Source of the DNA: Asterias rubens
Lineage: Eukaryota
NCBI RefSeq assembly: GCF_902459465.1
Contig: NC_047073.1
Span: 1,612,001 to 1,676,000, forward strand
DNA length: 64,000 nucleotides
Direction of reading: 5' to 3'
In this document: positions 49,765-63,706 of the stretch, piece after piece
Position numbering within the stretch: position 1 is the first letter of the stretch
Layout: each line of letters begins with the position of its first letter
Translations under genes and position numbers: made by a program
Notes under the pieces: model-generated
Told to the model about the DNA's origin: nothing
What the model saw: the letters and a program-made list of their open reading frames with translations, nothing else
Databases searched by the model: none

Positions 49765-52700
49765 GGCACTTAGCCTATATAGCGCTTCACACAAAGGTCC
49801 CAAAATGCTTTACAAATAAAGAAAAGTTAATGATAAAACAGGTGAGTTGTCAGCAGGTGTTTGAAACTGTTCTCATTTTGGAGCAGTTCTGATGTTGCTG
49901 TCAGGCTAGTTTGAAAGCCAGTAAACTCAAGACAGTGGTCTTGTGTTTTTCAAAAACTTAACTGTGTAATATTTGTACGATCTGTTTTTGTTGTAGCCGC
50001 TCTTCCACTGTCAATTCCTTCGGAAACTCAGTGTGTGTGACAACGATCTCAATTCCGTCCCGAATGCTGTTGCCAGCCTCGTCAACTTGGAACAACTAGA
50101 CATCAGTAAAAATGGTAACATCATCCACTTCTTCACCAAAGTGTACAAAGAGAGCCTGTCTTATAAAAACCTGTCTACCTATCCACACTGACAGTTCAAG
50201 TGGCTCTCGTAACCCACTGTAGCTACTCTTAATTGGGCAAAACACCCTTGTCACACGAAGTTGTGTGCGTTTAGATGGTTGATTTCGAGACCTCAAATTC
50301 TAAATCTGAGGTCTTGAAATCAAATTCGTGGAAAATTACTTCTTTCTCGAAAACTGTGTCACTTCAGAGGGAGCCGTTGCTCACAATGTTTTTTACACCA
50401 TCAACCTCTCCCCAATACTTGTCACCAAGTAAGGTTTTATGCTAATAATTATCTTGAGTAGTTACCAATAGTGTCCACTGTCTTTAAGAACTGATTTATA
50501 AATGTTACCAATTTTCTTGTTCAGGTATTGTGGAGCTACCAGACAGCATCAAATGCTGCAAGAATCTTAGCCTGGTGGAGATCAGTGTCAACCCTCTGGG
50601 AAAGTAAGATCATTATGCCTAAGCTGCGTTCCGAGTCCCTAGTCTGTCCCTTTGAAAACCAGTTTGAAATGGTTCTGATCATAGAGTTATTTATAAGAAC
50701 TAGAGGGCGCACTGGTGATGCTTCTTGCACAAACACGACGGGACAGCAAGGAGACACGCGCACCATTCTGCATGCGCGTTGAATATGAAGTACAAGTTGG
50801 AATTTGTGTTTATTGAACGCTGACGCGACAAACACACGCTGTTCGATGCCTGCTTTGTTAACTTAGAAAATAGCCGCCTGCATGCATGCCGGGGCGCGTA
50901 TATAGGCCAGTGCGCCCTCTAGTTCTTATAATATAACTCTATGGGTCGATGTTCTGAGTTATGCAGAGCGGGAAAAAAAACCAACACTTTAAACCAGGCT
51001 CAGTATCAGGATCAATGTACTCATCTTCTTAGGGTTTGCTAAAGTACTCCATGTGTTTTCATTTGTATTTGGGCCATGATGTCTAACTCGGTTTGTGAAT
51101 GGTCTAATCCTCTTGTGGTGTATTTTGCTATCTTAGTTGCATGTTTTGTTTTTTTCTTCTTACAAACCTAAGCTTAAACTCCAAGTTTGCACACTGAGAA
51201 TATCATGGAAAGAACACAAAACCAGGATAGGCAGAGTGAAACTCCATTATAACCAGGGTCACAAGGGCCAGCCATGATGACGACGACAACACTGCTTCAA
51301 AATTTATAACAATGCTAAAGCCAGAGTCCAAGCCTAGGTTTTAGAAAAAGGCCCAAACAGTTCAGTGATCTCTTTTTGGGTTTCCCGTTCATAGATTGTT
51401 TGAATGTTTCCTTTCAGGCTTCCAGAGGGATTCACCCAACTGGTCAATCTGACCCAGCTATACCTCAACGACACACTCCTTGACTACCTCCCGGCAAACT
51501 TTGGCCGTCTCGTCAAACTCACTGTCTTGGAACTTAGAGAGAACAGACTCAAAGCGTTACCACGGTAATTAATCAAAACATTATAATAATAATAGTGGCT
51601 TCTTATACAGCACGCATATCCATCACTCAATGACACTCCTGGCACTGTAACATTTATTATTTCCTGCAAGGTATGTGGGACTATGTTTGAATTATGAGAT
51701 CTACTCCTTTTACATAGCACCATGTAATGGTTTACAGGGTGCTGTCGCGCAATATGCAGCCAATCAAGCCAGGAACACTTGGGCGAACCCCTTCTCTTTT
51801 TAATAAGTGCACCAGTGCTGAATTTCATGGCTCTGCTTACTGTAAACAAAGAATCGGCACTTACGGAAGCAGGTAATTCCGCGCTTCTGCCAAGTGTATT
51901 TTAAAGGTTGGCAGTGAATTGTCGCTTGTGTTCGTGCGCACTCCACATTACTTGGCTTTCCTCGCTTACACAGCTAGCACAGAAATTTGGCACTTGCACA
52001 GTAAGTGGAGAATGGTGATCGCAAGCGCAGAATTCGGCGGTAAGCAGAGCCATGAACATTGGGCCTAGCAAGAGAATGGATTTTTGTGTGAATGATCAGC
52101 AACCTTTGAGCCAATTTGGATGCAATGGAAATTCAATTATCATTATTACGAAAATTTACAAAAATTATGACAATTCTTTGGTGGATTTTTAACTTTGTTT
52201 TCTTCTTTTTACCAATTACTAGGTCTATGTCAAGATTGACAGAGCTAGAGAGACTGGATCTTGGCATGAATTCATTCAGACAAGTAGTAAGTATACAGGG
52301 AACCAGACCAGACCATGGAGGCTAACTACAGTTGAATGTTAAAAGTTAGTTTTAAATACATTGTCACTGCCAGGGTTGTAGCTAGACCAATTTCGGCCAT
52401 AAATGAATTATGTTTGGAAGTCAACCAAGGGCAGCAGATCAACAAAATAATCATAATTCACTATAGGCCATCAATAGACCAATCCGACGAAACAAAATTG
52501 GTAGCGCCCTCTATTGAACAAATTTACAAACGCGGTGTTTTTTTGTGCATATCTATGCACTGAAAACACCGCAGCAAATGGCGCGCGGTGCTCAACAATT
52601 GCGTGCCCCGTGCGCGTCCAGATCGGTCTATTGGTGCAGTGCAAGCTTCAGGTATGATGCCATGTTTCTAAACTGTTCATGGGCCCATGCATAAAGTTGA

Positions 52701-55700
52701 ATGGCCTTTTGACTGTGTTCTTTCTCTGTGACATTTAATACTCCTTATCATTAGCTCAGATCAATGCATAGTGGACAGTATTTTTAAATCTGTGCTGGGC
52801 AGCACATTTCGTTTTGCTCAGAGTGCTGGGCAAAAACTGTGAGGCCTTGGTAGGGTCACCCAGCACTGCTAACCGCTACAACGCTGGTAACTGGTCGCAC
52901 AAAGTTTACAGTTCTTTTCCCTGATTGGGTTTTTTGTCTCTGTTGTTTTTAGCCTGAAGTGATTGGTTTCTTCACAAAGCTGACAGAGTTATGGGTCGAC
53001 TCCAATAAGATTACTTCCATACCATCGGTAAGTGATGATCATTTTGTAATTATCGGCGTTGTGTGACCTCACGCAGGCTCTCCCACTGGGGTTTTCCTCC
53101 CGCATCTAAAACAACCCGTCTTTTGCTCTTTTGTCAATATCTTTATTTGGGGGTGCCAGTCAGAAGCCATACAACAATTAACTGCCAGGGATCACACCCA
53201 AGTTAGGATACAACCTGGGAAGCGGCAGCCAGGGGATCACCTTAATGGGATGCGACTTTAAATAAATAAATAAAAACAGTTTATAAAAAAAAAACATTCT
53301 GTGTGAACATTTTGCTTTCAGAGCATAGGAAACCTGAGAGAGCTGGTTTATCTAGACGCTTCCTGTAACCGCATTGAAACCCTCCCCTCGGAGATACAAG
53401 GGTTAGAGAGTCTGACGGATCTTCATCTCTCCAAGAACTACCTTCAAGAGCTTCCTGACACCGTTGGTAAGTGGGACTCGAGCCTCAGACTAACAAGAAC
53501 CCAGAATGTGTGGGGAGTAAAAGCGGATCTTCTGTGCCAGAAAAAAAAAATAGCCTGTAAGCTCGGTTTATACTTCTTGCGATTGAGAATGCGATTTGAA
53601 TTTTTACGTCACAAATTCGCAATAAATTACTCACAAAAGTTCAACTCCTGTGAAACATTTGCTGCGAAAACAGCCATTACGCACCTCGCTCATTTGGAAA
53701 ACTGTGCACACACGTTATGTCTCATTAAAAATTTTCAGTGACTAATTAAGCACAACTTTGCCCAACTGTGTTAGGTCTGTTGTGAAAGAATTATTGTGTA
53801 AGTGGTGCACAACATGCGCAGTGAATGTTGAGCAAGCTGACTTACGCACATGCGTAGAGTTTTGTGACGTACACACAAACAATATTGAGCAGCTATACAG
53901 CATTTTTTTGGCGCAGTGCCTCTTTAAAATGTCCAAAGTAGTTCTTGTATTGTGATTAAATATGCAGATGACACAGCCTTGACTGGATTAATTTCTGGCA
54001 ATGATGAATCAGAGTATAGGACAGGAGTTAATCAGTTTGTTGATTGGTGTGAAAGAAATAACTTAGTTCTTAACGTAAATAAAACAAAAGAAATGGCTTT
54101 TAACTTTCAAAAAAACATTTAACCCGTACAACCTGTTAAAATTAATGACATGTCTGTTGAAGTGGTAAAGGAATACAAGTATCTGGGAACTGTAATTGAT
54201 GATCAGCTGAACTGGAACTTTGATACCACGAAAATCTATAAGAAGGCTAATCAACGGTTGTACTTTGGCAGGAAGCTGAAGTATTTTAATGTTAACACCC
54301 GGATTCTTAATCTATTTTATCAGAGTACTATTTTATCCTTGTTGACTTTTTGTGCAATCACTTGGTTTAATTCACTTTCAGTTTTTAATAGGCAAAAACT
54401 AGTTCGCATTACCAAACAAGCCAGTAGGATTATTGGTTCAGATAATGACGGTCTTCAGGAATTAGTTAAGAATAGACTTATGAGTAAGTTCCACTGTATT
54501 TTGTCTGACAACACACATCCCCTTTACCCACTGATTGTTCACAACAAATCTGGTAGGATCCGTCAACTAAGCCTTAAGACTAACAGGTTCAAGAACTCAT
54601 TTTTACCTATTGCTAGCCATAATTTTAACTGTGATTTTATTAGATAACTGCAATGCATCCAGCCCTATGTACTGCCTTAATTGTTTATTATTGTTTTATT
54701 TGATTTTCTGGCATCTCCTGTGCAATTTGGCCTCTTTTAATTTGGGGAGGGGGTCCACTACCCAATCATGCTTTAGTGTTTGACTGTTTGTTTGTTTGTT
54801 TGTTTGTTTGTTTGTTTGTTTGTTTTTATATATAAACTTTAATGATTTTTACTTACATTAAGGTTATTGTTTTATGCAGTATTGTGGTAATTCTTGTGCA
54901 ATTTTACATTTTAATATTTTATATGTTGCTGTACAATAGGATTGTAAATTTTATGTATTTTTATATACTTGACCAATAAACCATTCAATTCAATTCAATT
55001 CAATAGTGCGTGATCCAATGCTACTACAAAATCTAGATGAAATAATACTTGTGTACGTAGCCTGCAAGATATTACAAGATTACACAATTAGATTCAAGAT
55101 AATTTGGTATTCACAGAGCCTTTTTGGTGCAAGACATCCTCGTCGCCAAAATGTAATATTGAGAGACTTAAACATAGACAAATAACTGACTCGGTGAAAC
55201 GATGTATGTGTGGTTCACTAACATGTTGGCATAACACACAGGGTCAGCGCGCATGCGCGATGCACATAGAGTATATCTATGGAGAGCCTAATGTGACAAT
55301 ACTACAACGCTTTGAAAAATGCAAGATATAATTTTGTTTGATCGTGGCGCAACGCTACCACAAAATCAATGTTTTTACCACAATTTGTTGAATTAGTCTG
55401 GTTTTCTGTTCATCAGGTCAATTAAGCAACCTACAGAGTCTAAAGCTTGACTGCAATCAGCTTTCATTCCTCCCGTACTCCATCGGTGGACTGGTCTCGC
55501 TAGAGGAGCTTATATTGACCTCAAATGACCTCGAGGAACTCCCGCCCAGTATTGGACTTCTGAGAAAGCTCTCCCACCTCAACTTGGACCAGAACATGCT
55601 CCTGGAGCTCCCTGCAGAAGTAAGTCTAACTGTTCTTTTGTGGTATTTTTTTCCTGGCTGTTTTCTTTATTTCTATTTAAGCGATAGGGACTTACAAATG

Positions 55701-55976
55701 TGGATTATTGCTTGGAAATAAATTCTTGAAGACCTTTGGAAATATTTCTCTAACACAATTTGTTCTCCCTTCCCCAGCTCGGAAGCTGCAGCTCAATAAG
55801 TCTTCTCTCTCTTCAAAGTAACTTCCTGTTGGTGCTACCAGACGAGATCGGTCACATCAGCAATCTGTGCGTCTTCAATCTTAGTAACAACCAGCTGAGA
55901 TATCTTCCATACAGTACGACCAAACTCAAGAAACTCAAAGCTATGTGGCTCTCAGAGAATCAGGTGAGTCATTACA

Positions 55977-56007
<31 letters not shown>

Positions 56008-59000
56008 AGCAATCAATAGTTTTTTATAATTGTTGTCTGTTGACTATTGACTTATTTTTCCCCTCAGGGCAAGCCATTGATTCCTCTCCAGTCAGAAATG
56101 AAAGAAGACCTCGGCAAGAGGGTCTTAACCTGTTTTCTGTTTCCGCAGCAGCACAGAGAACCTGGGGATGGTGAGTAACTCTTGAAGAAACGACAGTGTG
56201 TGTCGTGGTCGAGTGGTTAAGAGCATGGAATTCAAGTTCTGCTGGCTAAGTCATGAGGGTGTGGGTACCAATCCCGGTCAAGACACTTGTGTCCCTGAGC
56301 AAGACACTTGACTCTAAATGCTTCTCTTCACCCAGGGGTAAATCGGTACCTGTGAGGGCAGAGATGGTTCTAGTGATTGATTTAGCTACATACTTTGCAG
56401 CACAGGCTGTATACTCCTAAGGGAGCGGAGATGGTTTAAGGAATGAAATATATTGCCCAATGACCAGAGTAATAAAGGTTGAAGTGCCATGAGCGTCTCT
56501 GCATGACCGTCCCAAGCACCATATAAGAAGCCAGTATTATCATAGATAACTAGTATTTCTGTTTGAATATATGACATTTGCCCTGTGACTGACACTTATC
56601 CTATAATGCCAGGTTTAATGTACATCCCCTTCCTTGTTTTTTATCTTAAGATGTTTATCCGAGTGATGGCGATAGTTTCCATGCATCAGTGTGGGATGAC
56701 CAGCGCCTTAACTCCAGGCAGATTGCATTTGATGTGTCCGAGTCAGACTCTGAGGTAAGTTGCCTCATGCAGACTTTATGTAGATAGACAAAGACCTAGT
56801 CTGGTCTCATGTCCTTATTCGCAAAGATAAACACAGGTACTGGATTATTTTTCAGTTACTTTTTAACTTCACTCTGGTTTTCAAGATTCATTGCAGCACT
56901 TTTTGAAATTGTGCTGACGCATATGGCTTATTTCTCAAAACATTGGTTATTGTCTTTTTCATTTTAGCACAATATGAAGCGAGCTCCGACGCCTTATCCC
57001 AAAGAGGGAATCAAGAGGAAGGTTCGCCTCCCACCCACACCGAGCCCTTCCCAGGGTCGGCAGAGTAGATCGACAAGCAAGCGTGACATTCTCCCAAACT
57101 ATCCATCAGTTGATGTGTCTGTAAGTAGACTTGATTGTTTTGTTTTTTTTGGTTTTTTTTAGATGATCTTCCCTTTAAGGGAACTCAGCAAACTCCCACA
57201 GGGGAATTAAAAACACCAAGCTGGCAACATACGATGTCTCTCCTCATGCATACATTGGTTTAACGTCTTTGGAAACTTTTGAAGGGGCACCAAGGCCAAG
57301 ACCAGGGCAACTGGGGCCATGGTCTCCGTGAAATTCCAGGCCTAGTGTGACTTAATTCAAATGTAGGCCGCAAATTGTCTTTAATAATCTGGTCACAATA
57401 TACATTGTGGCTCTGTGACATTGTGACAGTGTGACATTGTGACGTGAAATTGTGACACTGATATTATTAATGGTTTATTTATTTCATCAATATTAATAAG
57501 ACACTAGCAGTAAAAAAATAAAAAATAAAAAATGAATTGTGGTCAAATAAATGTACACTTTGGCAGTTTGATATTATGACACTGTGACATTGTGACACTG
57601 ACATTGTGACACTGATATTGTGACATGTAACACACTAACTGTCACAGGAAAACAGTGATGTCATTTGGTTTTGATTTGTGTTTTCTTGTTTCAGACGCGT
57701 CAGGGTCGCCAGGGAGGCCCTCGTGAGGCTAAACCTCGTCGTTCTAGGTCCCCCGGTTCACCCATTGCCGACAGCCTTCACTTGTTCCAGGCAGATAAGG
57801 TGACTTTACATAACAATAATAATAGTAACTAGTTCTTATATAGCGCGTTGTACAGTAACCATATCAATGAGGTTTACATTAGTGTCCTGTTCATTGGGCC
57901 AATAACATCCCTGTAATTTTTCTAAGCTCCCCGGGGAGTATAGCCCTGAGTTGCCGTAGCGCACCAAAGGCTTTTCATACACAATGTCAACCTTAACCCT
58001 CACAGGTATCCATTTATACCCCTGGGTGAAGAGAAGTATGCTGCTCAAGGCGCAAGTGCCACGACTGTGGATTTGAACCCACACTCCGATGATTGTACCA
58101 CCAGAACTTGAATTCGATGCTCTTATTCCACTTGAAATGACACCCCACATACATACACTGGTTTTTTTTTTAAAGATGAACATAATTTTGTGATGCTTAG
58201 CTACTTTTTGTGCTTAAGTGGCTCTTTTAAATTGCCGCAAGGTGTTGTTTGTGCAGTTGTCTGTTCAGTGGATGAAGAATTATTTTGTTACTGTTTTTAG
58301 GAGTTGATGGCAAAGGATAAAGCTCGACTGAGGGGAAGTATTTCTTCTGTCAGTCGACAAGATAGCGACTCTGAGTCCATTGCATCATCGATGAGAGAAA
58401 GAGTCGTTGGACGTCGTGAGATGAGGGTTGGTAGTCGCTGCAGTAATGCGTATATTCAATTTATTTGAACAAACCGTCTTGAAGGTTTTGATACCTTTTT
58501 GCGTTTACCTGTTTAAGTTTTGGCTTCATTAGTCAAGTTTTTTTTGAAAAAAAAGTGGAAAAAAAAGTAAATAAAATAATAGGACTGGTAAATCTGTTGT
58601 ACATTCTAAAATAATTTTCATCTCCTCCAGAGATGAAAATTGTTTTGGTGTCACTGTTTCTCAAAAACTACAGCACCTCAACAAGTAATATTTTAAGGGA
58701 ACCTTCTTATCATCACTATTTTCAAACCTTGTAAGTTTAATGTAAATCTGTGGACATTGTGTTTTGCGTTGTACAAAAAGTAAAAGTACCCAAATCCTTT
58801 AATGGTAAAATTGTTCTCTCACTATATTTGATTTTCTTTTTCCCAGGCTCAGACGGATAGAGCAGCCATGAGCGATAGTGAGGCTTTCATTCGGAGCCCC
58901 GTCTGGAGCCACACTGGCGGAATCGACCAAAATAAACCACCTGGCACTCCGCAGTACTACAACGCCAGACCTTCTCGCAGTGGTGGTAAAAGCCACAGTC

Positions 59001-62000
59001 AGGACTATGAGTCTGATCGGGTCGACGGGTCCCGGACTCCACTGATGTCTTCACGGCGGCCACAGGTCCAGGGTGAACATGCCAGGACCCCACAGAGTAG
59101 CAAGGCAAACTACAGCCGTGGTTACGAGTCTGATCAAATTGACGGGTCCCGGACTCCTCTGATGTCGGCACGGCGGCCACAGGTGCAGAGTGAACACGCA
59201 AGGACACCCAAGGCGAATTACAGTCGCGGTTACGAGTCAGAATGTATTGAGAGCTACCACTCTCCTCTGGAGGAATATGTCCGAAGACAGACAACGAACA
59301 GATCAGAAACAAATCGTAACTCCAATGTGAGTGTGGATGGGCGCCAGTCTGCACCCCGCCCTGTATCCCACAGGCGGAGTTCAGGCTACAGTACTGACCC
59401 GGAGCGCAGGTCCAGGGCGCCGGCCGAGAGTCGAGAATCCAGAATGGCAGAGGTGAAGCAGAAGAGAGATCAGATGCTTCCGCCTCCGTACCACAGAGTG
59501 AGACAACTACGATCAGGCAAAGAGGGGTCTTCACAACCCAACACTCCTCACAGAGGCAATCGAAGAAGCCAACCTCAAAATGTGAAGGACTACGGGTGGA
59601 TTGATGGACAACTTCCATCTACCCCAGAGGACCAAGTAATGGATACCTCTAAACATCCTGGCGGAGAGCTGCCTGGAACCAGAGATGGCGATAGAAGCAA
59701 TCAACCCAAGGAGTCCAATCCGCAGAATCCATCGAGGAGAACTCCTCAAGGTAAAACATTGCCAAGAGCAAGCTACCCATCTGCCTTTTCAGATACAGAG
59801 GTGACTTCCAGTCGAAGGCGCAGCAAGTTGCACAATCAAGAACGATCGGAGAGAGCCCCCGATGCTAGTAACAAACCACAGATTGAAAGAACTTTGCAAA
59901 GCGATAGTGAGAGGGTATCCCCAGTCTTCAATCAAAACGGACCCGATTCGGAGAACCCCCCAAGATGGGACAGAACTTTCCTCGTCAACAGAAGAAGGAC
60001 GCCACCTGTTTCTGAAGACGGTCAACGTATGGACGGTGGAGACTACCAACCAAGACAAGGCGGACAGACTGACGGGGGAAGGGCGTCTCCATATACCACC
60101 AAGGAGAACTCTGACGCACGTATTAATGCCAGGCAACCTAGCTTCAGGCATCAGGACTCACAACAACGGAACGCTCCAAGACAAGGCGACACAGTTTCAG
60201 TCGAGGATGCCACTCGACACAATCCAAAAACAACAGACTCACAAATCTACGCTAACTCAAACGGCAACAGTGACTACCTGAACTCTCTCAACGACCGACG
60301 CCATACGGCTGCACCTTCGGACAACTTTCCCAAAAATCTGAACCCACGAGAGAGTCGAAGTCTCCCAAGAGATGTTGGAAGTTACCAAGAGCATCCGAAA
60401 GAAGCATTCAAATCCGACATCGGCATTCATCAAACGTCCTCAGAAGAGGTTGCAAATAGAAGAAGCTCACCCGATGAAACCGTGAGTGAGCGTCACCCTC
60501 ATTTTAGGGTGAGTGGTTCTTTACTCAATTGAGAAGTCCTTGAGTATGTTTTCCTTAAATAATAATAATACGTATCAGTTGTTTACATACAGCCTGTGCT
60601 GCCAAGTATGAAACACACTGAGCTAAATCAACTAAAAGAACCATCTCTGCCCTCACAGGTACCGATTTACCCCTAGGTGAAGAGAAGCATTTAGGGTTAA
60701 GTGTCGTGCTCAATGATACAATTGCAGAACGACAAAACTTGAATACGATGCTCACAACCAATCAGCCATGACACCTCATTGAAGTCCTTGAGTCCGTTTC
60801 CCTTTACAGAACTTGTATATTTTGCTGCAAATTTAATGACGAAATACTCAAGTCTTAATTAAATTGAATGTGATTTGATTATTGTCGACTTGTTTTTATT
60901 ATTTGTTTTGCTCTAATAGAGAGGTGACAAGAAGAAGCGACTGCATGGTGGAGCTCCAGACTATGCTGCCTCAGAACCAGAACTCAGACAGGCGTTCCAA
61001 AACGCCAACCCAACCGGACCCGTTCCTGATCAAGTCAACTTCAGACCACCACCTCCAGAGACCAGAACCTTGCCATTTGACAACAGAAGGTCGTCGAGTC
61101 AGGTCTTACAAAACGGAGCACGAGATTTCGGCAGGTTCCCTGTGGGTTTACCCTCATCAACGCCAAGTGTAGAGAGTGGTTCCAGATCACAAAGCCCGTT
61201 TGATTCCAGACCGCAGACTCCAAGCGACGTACAGCGAAGAAGCCGACCGAATTCCCCGACGAATCTTCCACGATCTCGTCCTCATTCTGACCACGAATCT
61301 TACCATCCCGTCAACAGACAGAAAGACTTCAGAGCCTCTAATTCCTTCAGACCTACAAAAACTAGCGATAGACAATATGACAGTAATTACGGATACCTGA
61401 GGGGCTCCAGCATGCCCAGACCTACGGCCACTCCAGGGAATCCTTACCCTACCCCTCACGGCATGAGACCCAGAGAAAGCCTTAACGGGCCCCTCACCCC
61501 GATTGTACCTGACACCATGAACCAGGACAGACGGAGAATCCTGTCCTCTGAGTCTGACCAGACACACTACCTAGGTCCATCCGGTCACTCGTCCAAAGTG
61601 CCGTGGCCGGACCTCTGGCCTCAAGACTCCTCAGGATACGCCAGCGACCAGAATGAACCAGGATGGAAAAGAGGTGAGAATGAAAAAAATTGTTTCAGCA
61701 GACAAAATTTCATGTCCGTACATGGATGCTAAGGCCAGAGATGTGGTTGGTACCCGCTATCAGCAAGTAGACACTATTCAGCTGAAACTTTCACAGCTAA
61801 AAATTCAATAATAATATTTGTATTTTATATAGCGCTTTATACACCATGTCTCAAAGCGCCTCCAACATTATTACCCTGATCACTGGGCCATTTCATTCCT
61901 TAAACCATCTCAACTCCCTGGGAAGTATACAGCCTGTGCTGCCAAGTATGTAGCCCACTAAGCTAAACCAACCACAAGAACCATCTCTGCCCTCAAAGGT

Positions 62001-63661
62001 ACTCATGGGGGCCTTCTCACTTCTAAAATTCTCTTAAAAGACATCTTGAACACATCTGAGAATTCTTTGATTGACCTAGACTGGCGCCTTTGAATGTTGA
62101 ACAGAGAAAGTGCGCCCTACAAATGCTGTGTCGTTGGTATTATTATTGTTATTATTATTTGTCTTCCAGGTTCCTGCAGCACTCCAACATCTTCCGTCTT
62201 CCAGGGTCCCTCAGCTCCAACGTCCTGGAAACCTGGGTCTGAAATGACTCCTGATACTAGATCAAGACACCCCTCTTCTGAACACCATCAACAGGGCTTG
62301 ACAAACAAACAGGTACCTTGTTTTTGTTTATTGATAATAATAATAATAATAATACTATTAATAGTGGCTTCATATAGCACTCATATCTGTCACTCAGTGA
62401 CGCTTTAACATACAGTACATTGTGTATTTTTCTTCTAGGATGTGGGACTGCGTTTAAATTATGAGACCTACTCCTTTCTTACATAGAACGGTGTAATGGT
62501 TTACAATGTGATGTGGCGCAATATGCTGCCAATCAAACCAGGAACGAAAGGGGCGAACCCCTTGTCTTTCGCTAAATGCACTGGATTCTTTTACGCAAGT
62601 TTACACATCACACAGGACCAAGCGCTTTATGTTCCATCTGAAGGACGAAGCATCATGATTATTAGTGTCTTGCTTATTACATTTGTGTGTGTCATAAAGG
62701 GATTATGGCCAAAGATTTATACCATGTAGTTGAGATAAATTGTTGAAGAAAAAGTAGCATCACAAATTTCAACAGTTGTATCCTTCATTTTGATTCTTTT
62801 AATTTCAGCTGAAAGTAGTGATTTTCAAGAACCCTGGTCTTGGTTTCAGCATCACTGGAGGCACAGAGGCCCACGGTAATCCCTTCTCCCCTCACGATCC
62901 GGTCAGTAATTTTTCTTCTTCTTATTCGCTAATTAAAGCCATTATACACTTTCGGTACAGAAAAAAAAAAAAAGTTTACAGATTTACAAATAATTTACAG
63001 GGTTTACAGAAGGTAATGGTGAAAGACTTCTCTTGAAATATTGTTCCATGAAATGCTTTACTTTTTGAGAAAACATTAAATCAATAGAAATTCTCGTTAG
63101 CGAGAATTACAGATTTATTTTAAACACATGTCATGACACGGCTAAACGCGCGGAAACAAGAATGGGTTTTCCCGTTATTTTCTCCCGACTCCGATGACCG
63201 ATTGAACCTAAATTTTTTAACAGGTTTGATATTTTATATATAAGTTGTGATACACGAAGTGTGGGACTTGGACAATACTGTTTACCGAAAGTGTATAATG
63301 GCTTTAAACAATTTCCCCAGAGTTTCCAAATTTTTGTTTTCCTCCGACTTTTTAAACAAGACCAGAACGAAAGTGAGAAAATATTTCCGCATAGTTTAAC
63401 TCATAACAGACCATTAATTTCTGTATAATCATCACAAAACGCCCAGACATCACTAGATTGGTCATGGTCACGGACAAAGCTATCACAACAGCCGGCCCGA
63501 AACTGTGGAACAGTTTACCATCTCGCATCAGAACACTGGACACTGTTCCGTCATTCAAAAACCAATTACTCTTTAATTGTATTTGTTTTTCATTGCCTGT
63601 TGTTGCTGAGCACCATGATCTAGATGGAATGACGCTATACAAATCTGGTTATTATTATTAA

Positions 63662-63706
<45 letters not shown>

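Noticed and set aside
58887-60281. Long alternative-frame and antisense ORFs in the large LAP exon
   Set aside because: Expected shadows of a GC-richer low-complexity exon; only the 58847-60508 frame joins its neighbours in phase.
62776-62790. GTATCCTT as a second U12 donor
   Set aside because: It lies within the acceptor tract of the PDZ exon, not at an exon end, and no matching U12 branch point follows.
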